From: Aquifex aeolicus VF5
Lineage (GTDB): Bacteria; Aquificota; Aquificia; Aquificales; Aquificaceae
DNA length: 32,000 nt
Direction: 5' to 3'
Assembly: GCF_000008625.1 (NCBI RefSeq)
Contig: NC_000918.1
Span: 1,110,001 to 1,142,000 of the forward strand
Positions 1 through 9,542 of this stretch are shown piece by piece; the first letter of the stretch is position 1, and the number at the start of each line of letters is the position of its first letter. The translations under genes and the position numbers were made by a program. Under the pieces are notes generated by a model that made no database searches, was not told the DNA's origin, and saw only the letters and a program-made list of their open reading frames with translations.

Positions 1-2
1 AC

Positions 3-299
3 CTCGGAGCGGGAATGACCGGCGGACACGCCTACGTCCTTGACGATGAACTCGATAAAAAGCTCAACTACGCCTATGTTTACGCAAGAAGATTGGTGGG
101 AGAAGAAGAAATTAAGGAGCTCAGAGAGTTAATTGAAAAACACTACGAGTACACAAAGAGCCCGAAGGCTAAGGAAATTCTGGAAAACTGGGAAGAATAC
201 GTGAAGAAGTTCTGGAAGGTCATTCCCTTGGAGCAGTGTTCCAGAGACCCCTACGGTGATTCCGACGCTTGCGAAGTAGAGTTCCTCGGAAGGAAATAA
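3..299 (+). CDS. gltB: Glutamate synthase large subunit, C-terminal end (5'-truncated by window)
   Basis: Open from window start in frame 3 (LGAGMTGGHAYVLDDE...); GXGXG-domain-like GAGMTGG and C-term ELRELIEKHYEYTKSPKAKEILENWEEYVKKFWKVIP typical of GltB. Confidence 0.82.
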   Translation, partial: LGAGMTGGHAYVLDDELDKKLNYAYVYARRLVGEEEIKELRELIEKHYEYTKSPKAKEILENWEEYVKKFWKVIPLEQCSRDPYGDSDACEVEFLGRK

Positions 300-1405
300 A
301 GTCCTTAGCCTTTGCCCTTTACGACACCGGGGAGACCATCCTCGGTGCCCTCGTTGTTTCTACCTTCTTTCCCTTATTTATCACAAAACACATAGACGTT
401 AAAATCTACAGCCTGAGCTATGGAATTTCCTTACTCGCTTCCTTTGCACTTGCCATATTTTTGGGCAAGCTTGCCGACGAAAATGCACTCAGGAAAAAGT
501 TCTTTACCCTGTTTTCCCTTCTGACTTCCCTATTTTTGAGCTCCATAGCCCTTTTATACGGAACGCCCTATCTCGCACTCCTTTCCTTCCTACTTATGCT
601 CATCTCGCACCAGCAGGCGATGGTCTTTTACAACTCCCTTCTTCTGAACTTTGAAAACAAAGGCTTTGCTTCGGGACTCGGAGTATCCTTCGGATACGTA
701 GGCTCTGCGATAGCCCTTATATTTCTAGCAGACAAACTAAAAGAGCCAGAAGTTTACGCAGTGGTAGGATTGATATTCCTGATTTTGGCTGTGCCTTCGA
801 TAATTACCTTGGAAAATCCTGAAATCTCTGCAAAGATTTCCCTGAAAGAAATTTTCGGAGACAGAACCTTTCTCCTCTTTTTACTCTCTCTTTTAACTTT
901 AACGGAGGTTGCAAACACCTTAATCGCTATGATGGGGGTTTATCTCAGGGAAGTTTACTCTTTGGAGAGTGTAGAAATTTACAGAATTATCGGGTTTTCA
1001 GCTCTGGGAGGGGTTTTAGGGGGCATCTTCTGGGGCGTTTTGACAGATAAACTAAATGTAAACAGGGTATTCCCTTTAGGTTTTTTCCTCTGGTCTTTCT
1101 TCTTTATACTTCTGTTTTTTGCAAAGAAAGATTACCTGATTTTCGTTGGGCTTTTGGCGGGTTTTTCACTAGCACACCTCTGGAGCACTTCACGGGTTTA
1201 CATCCTTGAGAACTTTCCAAAAGAGAGCGTTTCTGTGAGGATGTCCTTCCTCTCTTTAACTGAACGTGTAGCTTCAAGCTTCGGGCTCTTTTTGTGGAGT
1301 TTTTTCCTGTTTATTACGCAGGACAACTTCAGACTCTCAGCTCTTCTTATGGGAACTTTGCCTTTAATTGGTTTTTTCATTTACTTAAAAACGAAGTTAG
1401 ATTAA
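269..1405 (+). CDS. MFS-type transporter (UMF1/Atg22-like), about 12 TM helices
   Basis: 378-aa highly hydrophobic ORF, '[25 protein letters not shown]' N-term and '[18 protein letters not shown]' C-term; overlaps the previous gene by 31 nt. Confidence 0.8.
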
Positions 1406-1449
1406 AAAAAAATGCAATCACTAAAACTTTTCTCACTAATATTTATAAT

Positions 1450-1680
1450 ATGGGCTACAAGGAACTACTTCTGGAATGCCAGAAACTCCTGAACGAAGGA
1501 GACTTTGAGGGAATGATAAAAAAACTTGAAGAACTCTCAAAGATGGAACCCTCTTCAAAAGAGGAAGCTGAAGAAAGCTTAAAACTTCTGGACTTCCTTA
1601 TAGAAGAAGTGAAGAAGAGACAAGAAGAGATATTCAACAAGATGGTAAATTACCAGAAGTTTAAAAATTACCTGAGGTAA
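1450..1680 (+). CDS. Small helical protein, possibly a flagellar-chaperone-like (FliT/FlgN-like) protein
   Basis: 76-aa reading from ATG 1450 ([19 protein letters not shown]...) within ORF 1294-1680; predicted all-helical, charged. Function uncertain. Confidence 0.5.
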
Positions 1681-1684
1681 GAGG

Positions 1685-2365
1685 ATGTACTTTTACGATA
1701 TCAACAACGAGAAGAGACTCTGGCTTCACCTTCACGGACTTGCGACAAACGTCCTCGGAAGGAAGATAGAGTTTTTGAGGAATTACTTTAAGGAAAAGAA
1801 GCTTTATTCGTTTTTTGCGAATGATATGGACTACGAAAAGCACACAACTACAAACACCTTGGATTTTTTGGAAGTTCTCGTCAGAGGATTTTCCCAGAAG
1901 TTTGAAGAAATTACCCTTTGCGGGAGTTCCCACGGCGGTTACATAGCGATGAACTATGTAAGGAAAAGGCCTCTCTTTAATGTAAAGAGACTCGTCTTAC
2001 TCGCACCCTCATACAACACACTATCCCTGATAATTAAAGAGCTCGGAGAAGATAAGGTAAAGCCATGGCTTGAGGGAAAGGAAGAACTCACCATACTTGA
2101 AGAGGACAGGGAAGTGACCTTTATAAAGGATTGGGCAAAGGACATAATACAGAACGACTACGAGATTATAAAAGACGGAAGGGTGGATTTCCCCGAAGAG
2201 CCTCCCGTGGAAATAGTGATAATGCACGGGATAAGGGACGATATAGTGCCAATCCATTATTCCGAGACCTTTGCAAAGAGCGTAAAGGTGAAAAAATTCC
2301 TCAAAGTGGACGACGACCACCAGCTAAACGAAAGTCTGCAGAAGTATATAGAAGAACTCCTTTAG
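1685..2365 (+). CDS. Alpha/beta-hydrolase, YqiA/YcfP-type esterase
   Basis: Nucleophile elbow GSSHGG, Asp in HGIRDDIVP, His in DDDHQL. Confidence 0.8.
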   Translation: MYFYDINNEKRLWLHLHGLATNVLGRKIEFLRNYFKEKKLYSFFANDMDYEKHTTTNTLDFLEVLVRGFSQKFEEITLCGSSHGGYIAMNYVRKRPLFNVKRLVLLAPSYNTLSLIIKELGEDKVKPWLEGKEELTILEEDREVTFIKDWAKDIIQNDYEIIKDGRVDFPEEPPVEIVIMHGIRDDIVPIHYSETFAKSVKVKKFLKVDDDHQLNESLQKYIEELL

Positions 2366-2805
2366 ATTTTGCTGAGGACGAACTCTCCAATAGGATTTTT
2401 AAACTCTTCGTCTCCGAGGTGGTATGCGGTCCAGAGGTGCAGACACCTAACTTTAAAGGGCTTCGTTCTGAAGTTTCTAATTCCCCCTATGCCTATGTTT
2501 TTGTCGAGCAATACCTTTTTGCACACCATGTCCCACTTTCCTTGACCATGGTAAATTTCGGGAAAGTCACGCTTCAGGATTTCTTCCCGTTTCTTTACCT
2601 CCTTCTCGTGAAGGGAGACGAAGAAGTTAAAGAGTTCCTCGTCCTTAGTGATTTCTTCAGATAGTTTTTTTATATAGCCTTCTGACTCAAGCTTAGAAAC
2701 CGCTTTCTTTAACTCTGGCTCCAATATCCAGAACCTTGTGGGCTCTGGTCTGTAAATGCCGTTCTCAAATACAACTATCGGATTTTCTACTACTTCAATC
2801 TTCAT
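2362..2805 (-). CDS. DUF501 family protein
   Basis: 'GIGGIRNFRTKPFKVRCLHLWTAYHLGDEEFKNPIGEFV' matches the remembered DUF501 core (G.RG.R....VKCLHAH.AH.L....NPVG). Confidence 0.7.
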   Translation of the reverse strand: MKIEVVENPIVVFENGIYRPEPTRFWILEPELKKAVSKLESEGYIKKLSEEITKDEELFNFFVSLHEKEVKKREEILKRDFPEIYHGQGKWDMVCKKVLLDKNIGIGGIRNFRTKPFKVRCLHLWTAYHLGDEEFKNPIGEFVLSKI

Positions 2806-2818
2806 ATATTATATAAAT

Positions 2819-3568
2819 ATGGCAGGACACAGCCACTGGGCGCAGATTAAGCACAAGAAGGCAAAGGTAGACGCACAAAGAGGTAAACTCTTCAGCAAGT
2901 TAATAAGAGAAATTATAGTAGCTACGAGACTCGGAGGACCAAATCCCGAGTTCAACCCGAGACTAAGGACCGCAATAGAGCAGGCTAAAAAGGCTAATAT
3001 GCCCTGGGAAAACATAGAAAGGGCTATAAAGAAAGGAGCCGGTGAACTTGAAGGAGAGCAGTTTGAAGAGGTTATATACGAGGGATACGCCCCGGGCGGA
3101 GTTGCGGTAATGGTTCTCGCAACCACGGACAACAGGAACAGGACCACCTCGGAAGTGAGACACGTATTTACGAAGCACGGAGGAAACTTGGGAGCTTCGG
3201 GATGCGTTTCTTACCTTTTTGAAAGAAAGGGATACATAGAAGTTCCCGCAAAAGAAGTATCCGAGGAAGAACTCCTTGAAAAGGCGATAGAGGTCGGTGC
3301 GGAAGATGTCCAGCCAGGCGAAGAGGTACACATAATATACACCGTTCCCGAAGAACTCTACGAAGTGAAGGAAAATCTCGAAAAACTCGGCGTTCCTATT
3401 GAAAAGGCTCAGATTACGTGGAAGCCCATATCAACAGTTCAAATAAACGACGAGGAAACCGCCCAAAAGGTAATTAAACTCTTAAACGCTCTTGAAGAAC
3501 TTGACGACGTCCAGCAAGTAATAGCCAATTTTGAAATACCCGAAGAAATACTTCAGAAGGTTGGCTAA
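2819..3568 (+). CDS. yebC: YebC/TACO1 family translation/transcription regulator
   Basis: MAGHSHWAQIKHKKAKVDAQRGKLFSKLIREI hallmark; ATG at 2819, 249 aa. Confidence 0.96.
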   Translation: MAGHSHWAQIKHKKAKVDAQRGKLFSKLIREIIVATRLGGPNPEFNPRLRTAIEQAKKANMPWENIERAIKKGAGELEGEQFEEVIYEGYAPGGVAVMVLATTDNRNRTTSEVRHVFTKHGGNLGASGCVSYLFERKGYIEVPAKEVSEEELLEKAIEVGAEDVQPGEEVHIIYTVPEELYEVKENLEKLGVPIEKAQITWKPISTVQINDEETAQKVIKLLNALEELDDVQQVIANFEIPEEILQKVG

Positions 3569-3600
3569 TCCCTCTCTTTTCCTTAAATTTTCCTTATCCG

Positions 3601-4878
3601 ATGTTTGTAAAGTTACTTCCTCCTGAAGTAAGAAAGGTAATAGCGGCCGGAGAAGTTATAGAATCTCCTGTTGACGTCGTAAAGGAACTCGTTGAGAATT
3701 CTCTGGACGCAAAGGCGACAAAAGTAGAGGTAGAAATCGTAAAAGGCGGGAAGAGGCTAATAAGGGTCAAAGACAACGGTACAGGAATACACCCCGAAGA
3801 TGTTGAAAAGGTGGTCCTGCAGGGAGCGACGAGTAAGATAGAGACCGAAAAGGATTTGATGAACATAAGCACTTACGGATTTCGCGGTGAGGCCCTTTAC
3901 TCCATATCAAGCGTAAGCAAGTTTAAACTCCGTTCCCGTTTTTTCCAAGAAAAGGAAGGAAAGGAAATAGAAGTAGAAGCGGGAAACATACTCGGGACGA
4001 GAAGAGTGGGAATGCCCGTGGGAACGGAAGTTGAGGTGAGGGATCTCTTTTTCAATCTCCCCGTCAGGAGAAAGTTCTTAAAAAAGGAGGATACCGAAAG
4101 GAGAAAGGTACTGGAACTTATCAAGGAGTACGCCCTCACAAATCCAGAAGTTGAGTTCACACTCTTTTCCGAAGGCAGGGAAACCCTGAAACTGAAAAAG
4201 TCAAGTTTAAAGGAAAGAGTTGAGGAAGTTTTCCAGACAAAAACAGAGGAACTTTACGCAGAGAGAGAAGGAATAACGCTCAGGGCTTTTGTTTCAAGAA
4301 ACCAAAGACAGGGAAAGTATTATGTCTTTATAAACAAAAGACCTATTCAGAATAAGAACTTAAAGGAGTTCCTGAGGAAGGTTTTCGGTTACAAAACTCT
4401 AGTAGTTCTTTACGCAGAGCTCCCTCCCTTTATGGTTGACTTCAACGTCCACCCCAAGAAAAAGGAAGTGAACATACTGAAGGAGAGAAAGTTCCTTGAA
4501 CTTGTAAGAGAACTCGCGGGAAAAGAGAAACCTATCGTAGATATTCCCCTCTCTCAACCTGTGAAAACTTACAAGCCCACATACGAGATACTCGGGCAGA
4601 TGGACGAGACCTTTATCCTCGTGAAGGATTCCGAATACCTGTACTTCGTGGACCAGCACCTCCTTGAAGAGAGGATAAACTACGAAAAACTGAAGGACGA
4701 AAACTTAGCCTGCAGGATTTCCGTAAAGGCGGGACAAAAGCTCTCGGAAGAGAAAATCAGAGAACTCATTAAAACCTGGAGAAACTTGGAAAATCCCCAC
4801 GTTTGCCCCCACGGAAGACCCATATACTACAAAATACCCCTGAGGGAAATATACGAAAAAGTAGGCAGGAATTACTGA
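3601..4878 (+). CDS. mutL: DNA mismatch repair protein MutL (compact, endonuclease-type)
   Basis: IAAGEVIESPVDVVKELVENSLDA, DNGTGI, GFRGEAL GHKL ATPase motifs; C-term DQHLLEERINYE and CPHGRP motifs. Confidence 0.97.
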   Translation: MFVKLLPPEVRKVIAAGEVIESPVDVVKELVENSLDAKATKVEVEIVKGGKRLIRVKDNGTGIHPEDVEKVVLQGATSKIETEKDLMNISTYGFRGEALYSISSVSKFKLRSRFFQEKEGKEIEVEAGNILGTRRVGMPVGTEVEVRDLFFNLPVRRKFLKKEDTERRKVLELIKEYALTNPEVEFTLFSEGRETLKLKKSSLKERVEEVFQTKTEELYAEREGITLRAFVSRNQRQGKYYVFINKRPIQNKNLKEFLRKVFGYKTLVVLYAELPPFMVDFNVHPKKKEVNILKERKFLELVRELAGKEKPIVDIPLSQPVKTYKPTYEILGQMDETFILVKDSEYLYFVDQHLLEERINYEKLKDENLACRISVKAGQKLSEEKIRELIKTWRNLENPHVCPHGRPIYYKIPLREIYEKVGRNY

Positions 4879-4895
4879 AGGTGGTAAATTAATCC

Positions 4896-5450
4896 TTGAT
4901 GAGGATACAAAACTTTTTCTCTCCCAACATTCCCCTGAAAACCACGAGGAAAGAGCACATAAGGGGGGATTTTTACTCGGAACTTAAAAGCTTTAAGCCC
5001 GTAATTGAAAGAAATACAATATCCTTGCAAAATCCCTACTCCTCTCCAATAAAATCTCAGATAAACAAGGAGTATATAAAGGAACTTGCGAGAAAGAAGG
5101 CGCAGAAATACGGCGTCCCCCTAAATATAGTCCTCGCAATTATAGAAAAGGAAAGCTCTTTTAACCCTAAGGCTTACAACAAAAACAAGGACGGGACAGA
5201 AGACGTAGGCCTAATGCAGATAAACTTCCAGCACAACAAAAGACTCATGAGGGAGTACGGCGTAAACTCACCCGAGGAGCTTTACGACCCGGAACTGAAC
5301 CTTGAACTCGGTGTGAGAATACTTTACGAAAACTACAAAAGGTACGGTTCGTGGGAGCTTGCCGTAAAGGCTTACAACGGGATAAGGGCGGATAACTGGG
5401 ATTACGTAAAAAATGTTATGGAAAGGGCTAAAAAGTACGTAAACTTATAG
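4896..5450 (+). CDS. Lytic transglycosylase (SLT domain)
   Basis: 'AKKYGVPLNIVLAIIEKESSFNPKAYNKNKDGTEDVGLMQIN...GVRILYENYKRYGSWELAVKAYN'. Confidence 0.9.
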   Translation: MMRIQNFFSPNIPLKTTRKEHIRGDFYSELKSFKPVIERNTISLQNPYSSPIKSQINKEYIKELARKKAQKYGVPLNIVLAIIEKESSFNPKAYNKNKDGTEDVGLMQINFQHNKRLMREYGVNSPEELYDPELNLELGVRILYENYKRYGSWELAVKAYNGIRADNWDYVKNVMERAKKYVNL

Positions 5451-5452
5451 AA

Positions 5453-6148
5453 ATGGCAAGAATTTGTGTTGCTCTGGACGTCCCCTGGGAAAGGGCTATA
5501 AAGATAGTAAAAGACCTTTACGACTTCTTTGAAACATATCCCCTTATCTTAAAAATCGGACACAAGATTTACCTTGAAAAGGGCGGAGACGCTGTAAAGG
5601 AACTCAAGGAGGACTTTCCTTACGAGGTGTTCCTCGATTTAAAACTCCATGACATCCCTTCGGTTGTAGGACTTGCCGTTGAAAAGATCAGTGAACTGGG
5701 AACGGATTACACCACGGTTCATCTGCTCGGCGGTCCGGAAATGGTAAAGGAAGCGGTAAAGAACAAGGGAAGCATGAAAATCCTCGGTGTTACTATACTC
5801 ACCTCGCACGACGAGAACTACATAAAGTTTTTAAAAAGCAACTTTGAAGATATAAAGAACTTCACCCTTTACCTCGCAAGAGTTGGTATAGAAAACGGCG
5901 TTGACGGAGTTGTTTGCTCAGGTGAAGAAGTTGAGTTCTTAAAGAAGAACATAGAAAAGGACTTCATAGCGGTAGTTCCGGGAATAAGGATTAAAAAGGA
6001 AAAGAGGCACGACCAGAAGAGGGTTCTCACACCCGCGGAGGCAAAGAAAAGGGGAGCAGACGTTATAGTAATCGGAAGGGAAATTACAGAGAGCAAGAAT
6101 CCCGTCTACGTGGTAGAAAGGGCTCTAAAGATGATGGGAGAGATATGA
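5453..6148 (+). CDS. pyrF: Orotidine 5'-phosphate decarboxylase
   Basis: ICVALDVP, FLDLKLHDIP (DxKxxD-type site), VVPGIR, VIGREITES. Confidence 0.97.
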   Translation: MARICVALDVPWERAIKIVKDLYDFFETYPLILKIGHKIYLEKGGDAVKELKEDFPYEVFLDLKLHDIPSVVGLAVEKISELGTDYTTVHLLGGPEMVKEAVKNKGSMKILGVTILTSHDENYIKFLKSNFEDIKNFTLYLARVGIENGVDGVVCSGEEVEFLKKNIEKDFIAVVPGIRIKKEKRHDQKRVLTPAEAKKRGADVIVIGREITESKNPVYVVERALKMMGEI

Positions 6149-6648
6149 AAAAGCTTTTAATTTTATTAACCTTTGTCTCCTTTGTCTTTTCTAAGACCTT
6201 TTACTACGACGTTTACGTCTTCTTTTTCAGAGTTGGAGAGATAAAAATTCAAATTGACAAAGAAAAAAGTTACGCCGAGGGAAAAACACTTGAAAGTATG
6301 AAGTGGCTTTACTCTTACGATTTTAGATTTTACGAGGAAAAAGGAGACATGAAACTCTATGAGAGAGAAAAGGAAAAAGTGAGAGTTTTCGGAAAGGATA
6401 AGATTTACGAAAAGAAGCCGTGGATACCCTTACTGGTGGATTACTTAAAGACGGGAAAGGTGAAGGAAAATAACCTCTTTAAAGTTAAAAAAGAAGGGAA
6501 TAAATTTATCGTTATTCCGCTGAAAAGCAAAAGAGTAAAAAAAATTATCCTTAAGGACGGAAAAGTTCCTAAAGAAATAGTAATTCACGGGAAGGTTAAG
6601 ATAAAGTTAAAACTCAGAAAGGCGGAAGATGATAAGGGAACTGTTTGA
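6145..6648 (+). CDS. Exported protein, DUF3108-like
   Basis: N-terminal signal peptide MKKLLILLTFVSFVFSK; beta-rich pattern 'YDVYVFFFRVGEIKI...'. Confidence 0.55.
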   Translation: MKKLLILLTFVSFVFSKTFYYDVYVFFFRVGEIKIQIDKEKSYAEGKTLESMKWLYSYDFRFYEEKGDMKLYEREKEKVRVFGKDKIYEKKPWIPLLVDYLKTGKVKENNLFKVKKEGNKFIVIPLKSKRVKKIILKDGKVPKEIVIHGKVKIKLKLRKAEDDKGTV

Positions 6649-7219
6649 AAAGGAAGGATTTACTCTGGACGAAGAACAGGAAAGAAAGTTCTCAATTTAC
6701 CTGCAAGAACTCCTGAGGTGGAACAAAGTTCACAACTTAACATCTATAAAAAAACCCGAAGAAATCGTGAGGAGGCACTTTATAGACAGCGTGAGCGTCG
6801 TGAGGTGCTTTGAAAGAATAGGACTTGACTTGAGGGGAAAGCACTTTGCGGACGTAGGGAGCGGAGCGGGATTTCCCGGCGTTCCTCTAAAGATTTACCT
6901 CAAAGACATAAAACTCACCCTAATAGAGTCTGTTTCCAAGAAGTGTTCTTTTCTGGAGTACCTGAAGATTAAACTAAATGAAGATTACAGGGTTCTCTGC
7001 ACTAGGGCGGAAAAGGTTGAAGAAAAGTTTGACGTGGTACTCGCAAGGGCACTGGGAGAGTTTGAAGAGGTAAAAGAAATTTTAGAAAAATTGAGCATAG
7101 GGTACGTATTCGTGTACAAGGGAAGCAAGTTGAAAGAGGAGTGGCTAAAGGATTACAAACTTTGTGAATTGTCACTGAGTTTTATGCCAAAATCCTATAT
7201 ACTGTGGAAGAAGGTATAA
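6629..7219 (+). CDS. rsmG: 16S rRNA (guanine-N7) methyltransferase G
   Basis: RHFIDSVSVV, DVGSGAGFPGVPLKI, ESVSKKCSFL. Confidence 0.95.
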   Translation: MIRELFEKEGFTLDEEQERKFSIYLQELLRWNKVHNLTSIKKPEEIVRRHFIDSVSVVRCFERIGLDLRGKHFADVGSGAGFPGVPLKIYLKDIKLTLIESVSKKCSFLEYLKIKLNEDYRVLCTRAEKVEEKFDVVLARALGEFEEVKEILEKLSIGYVFVYKGSKLKEEWLKDYKLCELSLSFMPKSYILWKKV

Positions 7220-7893
7220 AGATGGGAACTAAACTCACTTCTCTCTTCAAGGAGGGTGAAAAGTACCAGATTAACACAAAGTACAAGGAATTACCTATAA
7301 AGACGAACCTCAAACTCCTCTGGATAGATGAAAATATGAAACTCCTCGGCTTTTCAATAGGAGCCTGTGTCTTTAAAGGGGCTTTCACTCCGGGAACTGA
7401 AGTTTACATAAAGATAAACGGCAAGTATGCGTACGGAAAAGTGTTCTCCTGTAGTAATGAGCTGGTTATTGAGTTCAAAGAAATTAGGAAAGAACCCGAA
7501 TTTATCAGAAGGAGAACCGTAAGGGTTGAACCTGATCCAGCAAACCCCGTTGTAGTTGAACTGAAAGTTGACAGTTACTCCATAAAGACAAAGGCAAAGG
7601 ATATAAGCGAAACAGGTGTGGGAGTGATACTGGAAAAAGACAAGCCCGAAAGTGCGGAGGTAATAGACATAATCCAGAAGAACCCGAATTCCTGGTTTGA
7701 CCTCTACGTTCACCTTCCCAAACACGGAACCGCACACGCAAAGGGAAGAGTCAGGAACCTGAGTATAGAGGAGGAAGGAATATACATAAGAATAGGTTTT
7801 GAAGCGGAGTACTCAAAGGAGGACAGGGAAAAGGTAAGAAGGTACGTATTTGAAAGACAGCAGGAGATAATAAAATCCCTGAAAATGTTATGA
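7219..7893 (+). CDS. PilZ domain protein (YcgR-like N-domain plus PilZ)
   Basis: 'RRTVRVEP...' followed by 'AKDISETGVGVIL' (RxxxR / DxSxxG pattern). ORF opens at 7204; ATG at 7222 or TTG/GTG alternatives possible. Confidence 0.75.
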   Translation, partial: KMGTKLTSLFKEGEKYQINTKYKELPIKTNLKLLWIDENMKLLGFSIGACVFKGAFTPGTEVYIKINGKYAYGKVFSCSNELVIEFKEIRKEPEFIRRRTVRVEPDPANPVVVELKVDSYSIKTKAKDISETGVGVILEKDKPESAEVIDIIQKNPNSWFDLYVHLPKHGTAHAKGRVRNLSIEEEGIYIRIGFEAEYSKEDREKVRRYVFERQQEIIKSLKML

Positions 7894-9074
7894 GCCTTTA
7901 CCTGAAAGTAGTCTTAAGGTACCTATTTCACGCAAAGGGAAGTTCCCTTTTTATGACCTTCATGTCTTTCTTCGGTATTTTCCTGAGCGTAAACGCCATA
8001 ATCCTTACCTTAGGTGTATTTTCCGGATTTCAGGACGAACTCAAGAATAAAATCCTTTCAAAAACTCCACACCTCGTGATAACACTCTATTCCGATTACG
8101 AAAGGGAAAGAATAAAGGAAGTCTTAGAAAAGGAAAAAGAAGTTGAGTACTTCTTGAGTTTCGTGGTTTACAACGCTTTCCTTTCAAGTGGCGAAGTTAT
8201 CCAAAGCGTGAGCGTAAAGGCTATAGATTACAAAGACGGGGAATTTCAGAAATTCATAAAGAGATTTTTAACGGAAGGAGGTACGAAAGGTCTCATACTC
8301 GGAAAAGGGATTGCAGAGGTTTTCGGACTTTTGGTAGGCGATGAGGTAAGCCTCATATCCCCTTTCGGTATCAGGACACCTACGGGAGTAATACCGAAGG
8401 TAAAGAAGTTCAGAGTTGGAGGGATTTTTTACACGGGTTCCTACGATAAGGACTACGCGGTAGTTTACATGAACCTGAAAGACGCCAAAGAGTTCTTCAA
8501 AAGGGATTACGGAGTTAACTTTACGGAAGTTTACATAAAAGACCCCTACAGAGCGGATATCGTAAAAGAAAAGGTGAAAAAAGAACTCGGTGAGCGCGTA
8601 GTCGTCCGCTCTTGGATAGACCTGAACAAACCCCTCTTCAATGCCCTTGAACTTGAAAAGCTCGGACTTTTCTTTATCCTCCTCCTGATGGTTGTAGTTG
8701 CCTCTTTTAACATAACGAGTCTCCTCTTCGTAAAGGTAAAGGAAAAAGTAAGGGATATCGCGGTATTTAAAACCTTCGGAATGAAAAAGAGACAGGTTTT
8801 AATGATATTCCTCTCCTTAGGGCTCTTTATCGGCACGGTGGGAGCAATTTCGGGCGTAATCAGTGCCTACGTACTCGCCTACTTCATAAACGAGTACAAA
8901 CTCATAAGAGTGTCTGAAGAGGTCTACATGATGAGTTACATCCCCGCTCACATAAAGTTGAAGGACGTCCTTGCTACGCTCCTCGGAGCACTCTTGCTTT
9001 CTTTTATATCCTCACTCATTCCGGCTCTCAGGGCTTCCAAGGAGAAGGTTATAGAAGTTTTGAGAAAAGAGTAA
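7890..9074 (+). CDS. Lipoprotein-releasing ABC transporter permease (LolC/LolE, FtsX-like)
   Basis: Long N-term TM, GKGIAEVFGLLVGDEVSLISP, 3 C-term TMs with FKTFGMKKRQVLMIFL and ...IPALRASKEKVIEVLRKE. Confidence 0.92.
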   Translation: MSLYLKVVLRYLFHAKGSSLFMTFMSFFGIFLSVNAIILTLGVFSGFQDELKNKILSKTPHLVITLYSDYERERIKEVLEKEKEVEYFLSFVVYNAFLSSGEVIQSVSVKAIDYKDGEFQKFIKRFLTEGGTKGLILGKGIAEVFGLLVGDEVSLISPFGIRTPTGVIPKVKKFRVGGIFYTGSYDKDYAVVYMNLKDAKEFFKRDYGVNFTEVYIKDPYRADIVKEKVKKELGERVVVRSWIDLNKPLFNALELEKLGLFFILLLMVVVASFNITSLLFVKVKEKVRDIAVFKTFGMKKRQVLMIFLSLGLFIGTVGAISGVISAYVLAYFINEYKLIRVSEEVYMMSYIPAHIKLKDVLATLLGALLLSFISSLIPALRASKEKVIEVLRKE

Positions 9075-9088
9075 GGTATTGCTATAAT
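9060..9088 (+). promoter_or_regulatory. Putative sigma70-type promoter for the atpF operon
   Basis: TTGAGA (9060-9065), 17-nt spacer, perfect TATAAT (9083-9088), followed by GGAGGAG SD just before ATG 9108. Confidence 0.7.
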
Positions 9089-9107
9089 TGTTTAGCGGAG
9101 GAGAAGA

Positions 9108-9542
9108 ATGGACATAGGAGTAATGCCTAATGCAACAATCCTCGTTCAATTGTTCATCTTCGTAATATTCCTAATGATAATCACTAACATCTACGTAAAG
9201 CCCTACACCGCGGTGATAGAATCCAGAGAAGAACTCATTAAGAAGAACCTCTCTGAAGCACAAAAGTTAAGGGAAGAAACTCAAACCTACCTCACTCAGG
9301 CCAAAGAAGTTCTCGAAGATGCGAAGAAGAGGGCGGATCAAATAATTGAAAACGCAAGAAGGGAGGCGGAAGCTCAGGCGAGAAGCATAATCGAGCAGAC
9401 GGAAAAACAAACCGAAGAAGAGATTAAGAAAGCAGTGGAGGAAATCAGAACCTCCTTAGAAGAAGAGAAGAAGAAGCTCGAAAAGTCCGTAAAGGAAATA
9501 GCTCAGGAAATTGTAAAGAAAATTTTGAGAGAGGCGGCGTGA
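9108..9542 (+). CDS. atpF: ATP synthase F0 subunit b (first copy, b/b')
   Basis: Single N-term TM then long coiled coil 'SREELIKKNLSEAQKLREETQTYLTQAKEVLEDAKKRADQIIENARREAEAQ'; strong upstream SD. Confidence 0.92.
   Translation: MDIGVMPNATILVQLFIFVIFLMIITNIYVKPYTAVIESREELIKKNLSEAQKLREETQTYLTQAKEVLEDAKKRADQIIENARREAEAQARSIIEQTEKQTEEEIKKAVEEIRTSLEEEKKKLEKSVKEIAQEIVKKILREAA

Noticed and set aside
2021-2664. Overlapping ORFs 2021-2320 (-) and 2131-2664 (+)
   Set aside because: Both are shadows of the YqiA-like esterase and DUF501 genes, with low-complexity or implausible translations.
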